A DNA stretch of 61,015 nt, counting the filler, from Hausera hauseri (taxonomy: Eukaryota): assembly GCA_046269625.1 (NCBI GenBank). It is 11 parts of 11 records of this genome, joined end to end, with 100 filler letters (N's around TTAATTAATTAA, not from the genome) between each part and the next. Parts side by side here need not be neighbours in the genome. Positions count along the whole stretch, not along the records: positions 56,399 to 61,015 come from JBJURY010502242.1; 10 more parts are not named here. The stretch is one strand, 5' to 3'. Made by a program: the position numbers and the translations under genes. This document shows, one piece after another, positions 60,851 through 61,015 of this stretch; the first letter of the stretch is position 1; each line of letters starts with the position of its first letter. A model generated the notes under the pieces. That model ran no database searches. It had not been told where the DNA came from and worked only from the letters and a program-made list of their open reading frames with translations.

Positions 60851-61015
60851 GCTTAAACTGGTTTAAGTGGCCTTTGTGTAGGTTATAAAATTATTCATAG
60901 TTGATTTCATCAGCTATAGAACAACCGGAACAAACGTAGGCCCGTTTACCGTGCACCGTTGTGGCGCCATGGTACTGCTCCATTGCACTATGGCAACCAT
61001 CAATGTCATACACTC

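Noticed and set aside
1-61015. Treating the whole window as one giant element or operon
   Set aside because: It is eleven unlinked contigs; synteny holds only within each one.

Overview
This window is not one locus. It is 11 short contigs (1-4568, 4669-10298, 10399-16341, 16442-21662, 21763-27773, 27874-32001, 32102-38092, 38193-43424, 43525-51430, 51531-56298, 56399-61015) joined by artificial 100-nt spacers (44 N + TTAATTAATTAA + 44 N), so adjacency across a spacer means nothing. The DNA is AT-rich and animal, probably invertebrate: it has fragments of ALDH7A1, an ELAV/Sex-lethal-like RRM gene and two class-A GPCRs. Mobile DNA dominates: several decayed Ty3/gypsy elements, a BEL/Pao element, a piggyBac relic and two different Polinton/Maverick-type protein-primed PolB genes. 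The most unusual signal is cargo carried by the retroelements. (1) A Ty3/gypsy family ends in a C3HC4 RING ORF that overlaps the polypurine tract. There are two diverged copies with mostly synonymous differences, and in one the 3' LTR may be about 4.1 kb and contain three more RING/zinc ORFs behind same-phase splice acceptors. (2) A BEL/Pao polyprotein has a full-length ubiquitin-like domain ending LRLKGG in frame before Gag, and two CCCH fingers where the CCHC knuckles normally sit. (3) A gypsy pol is directly preceded by a chuvirus-like glycoprotein C-terminus and followed by an integrase-fused, secretory-looking extension. All family calls come from motif recognition by eye; no database search was run, so novelty is unverified.
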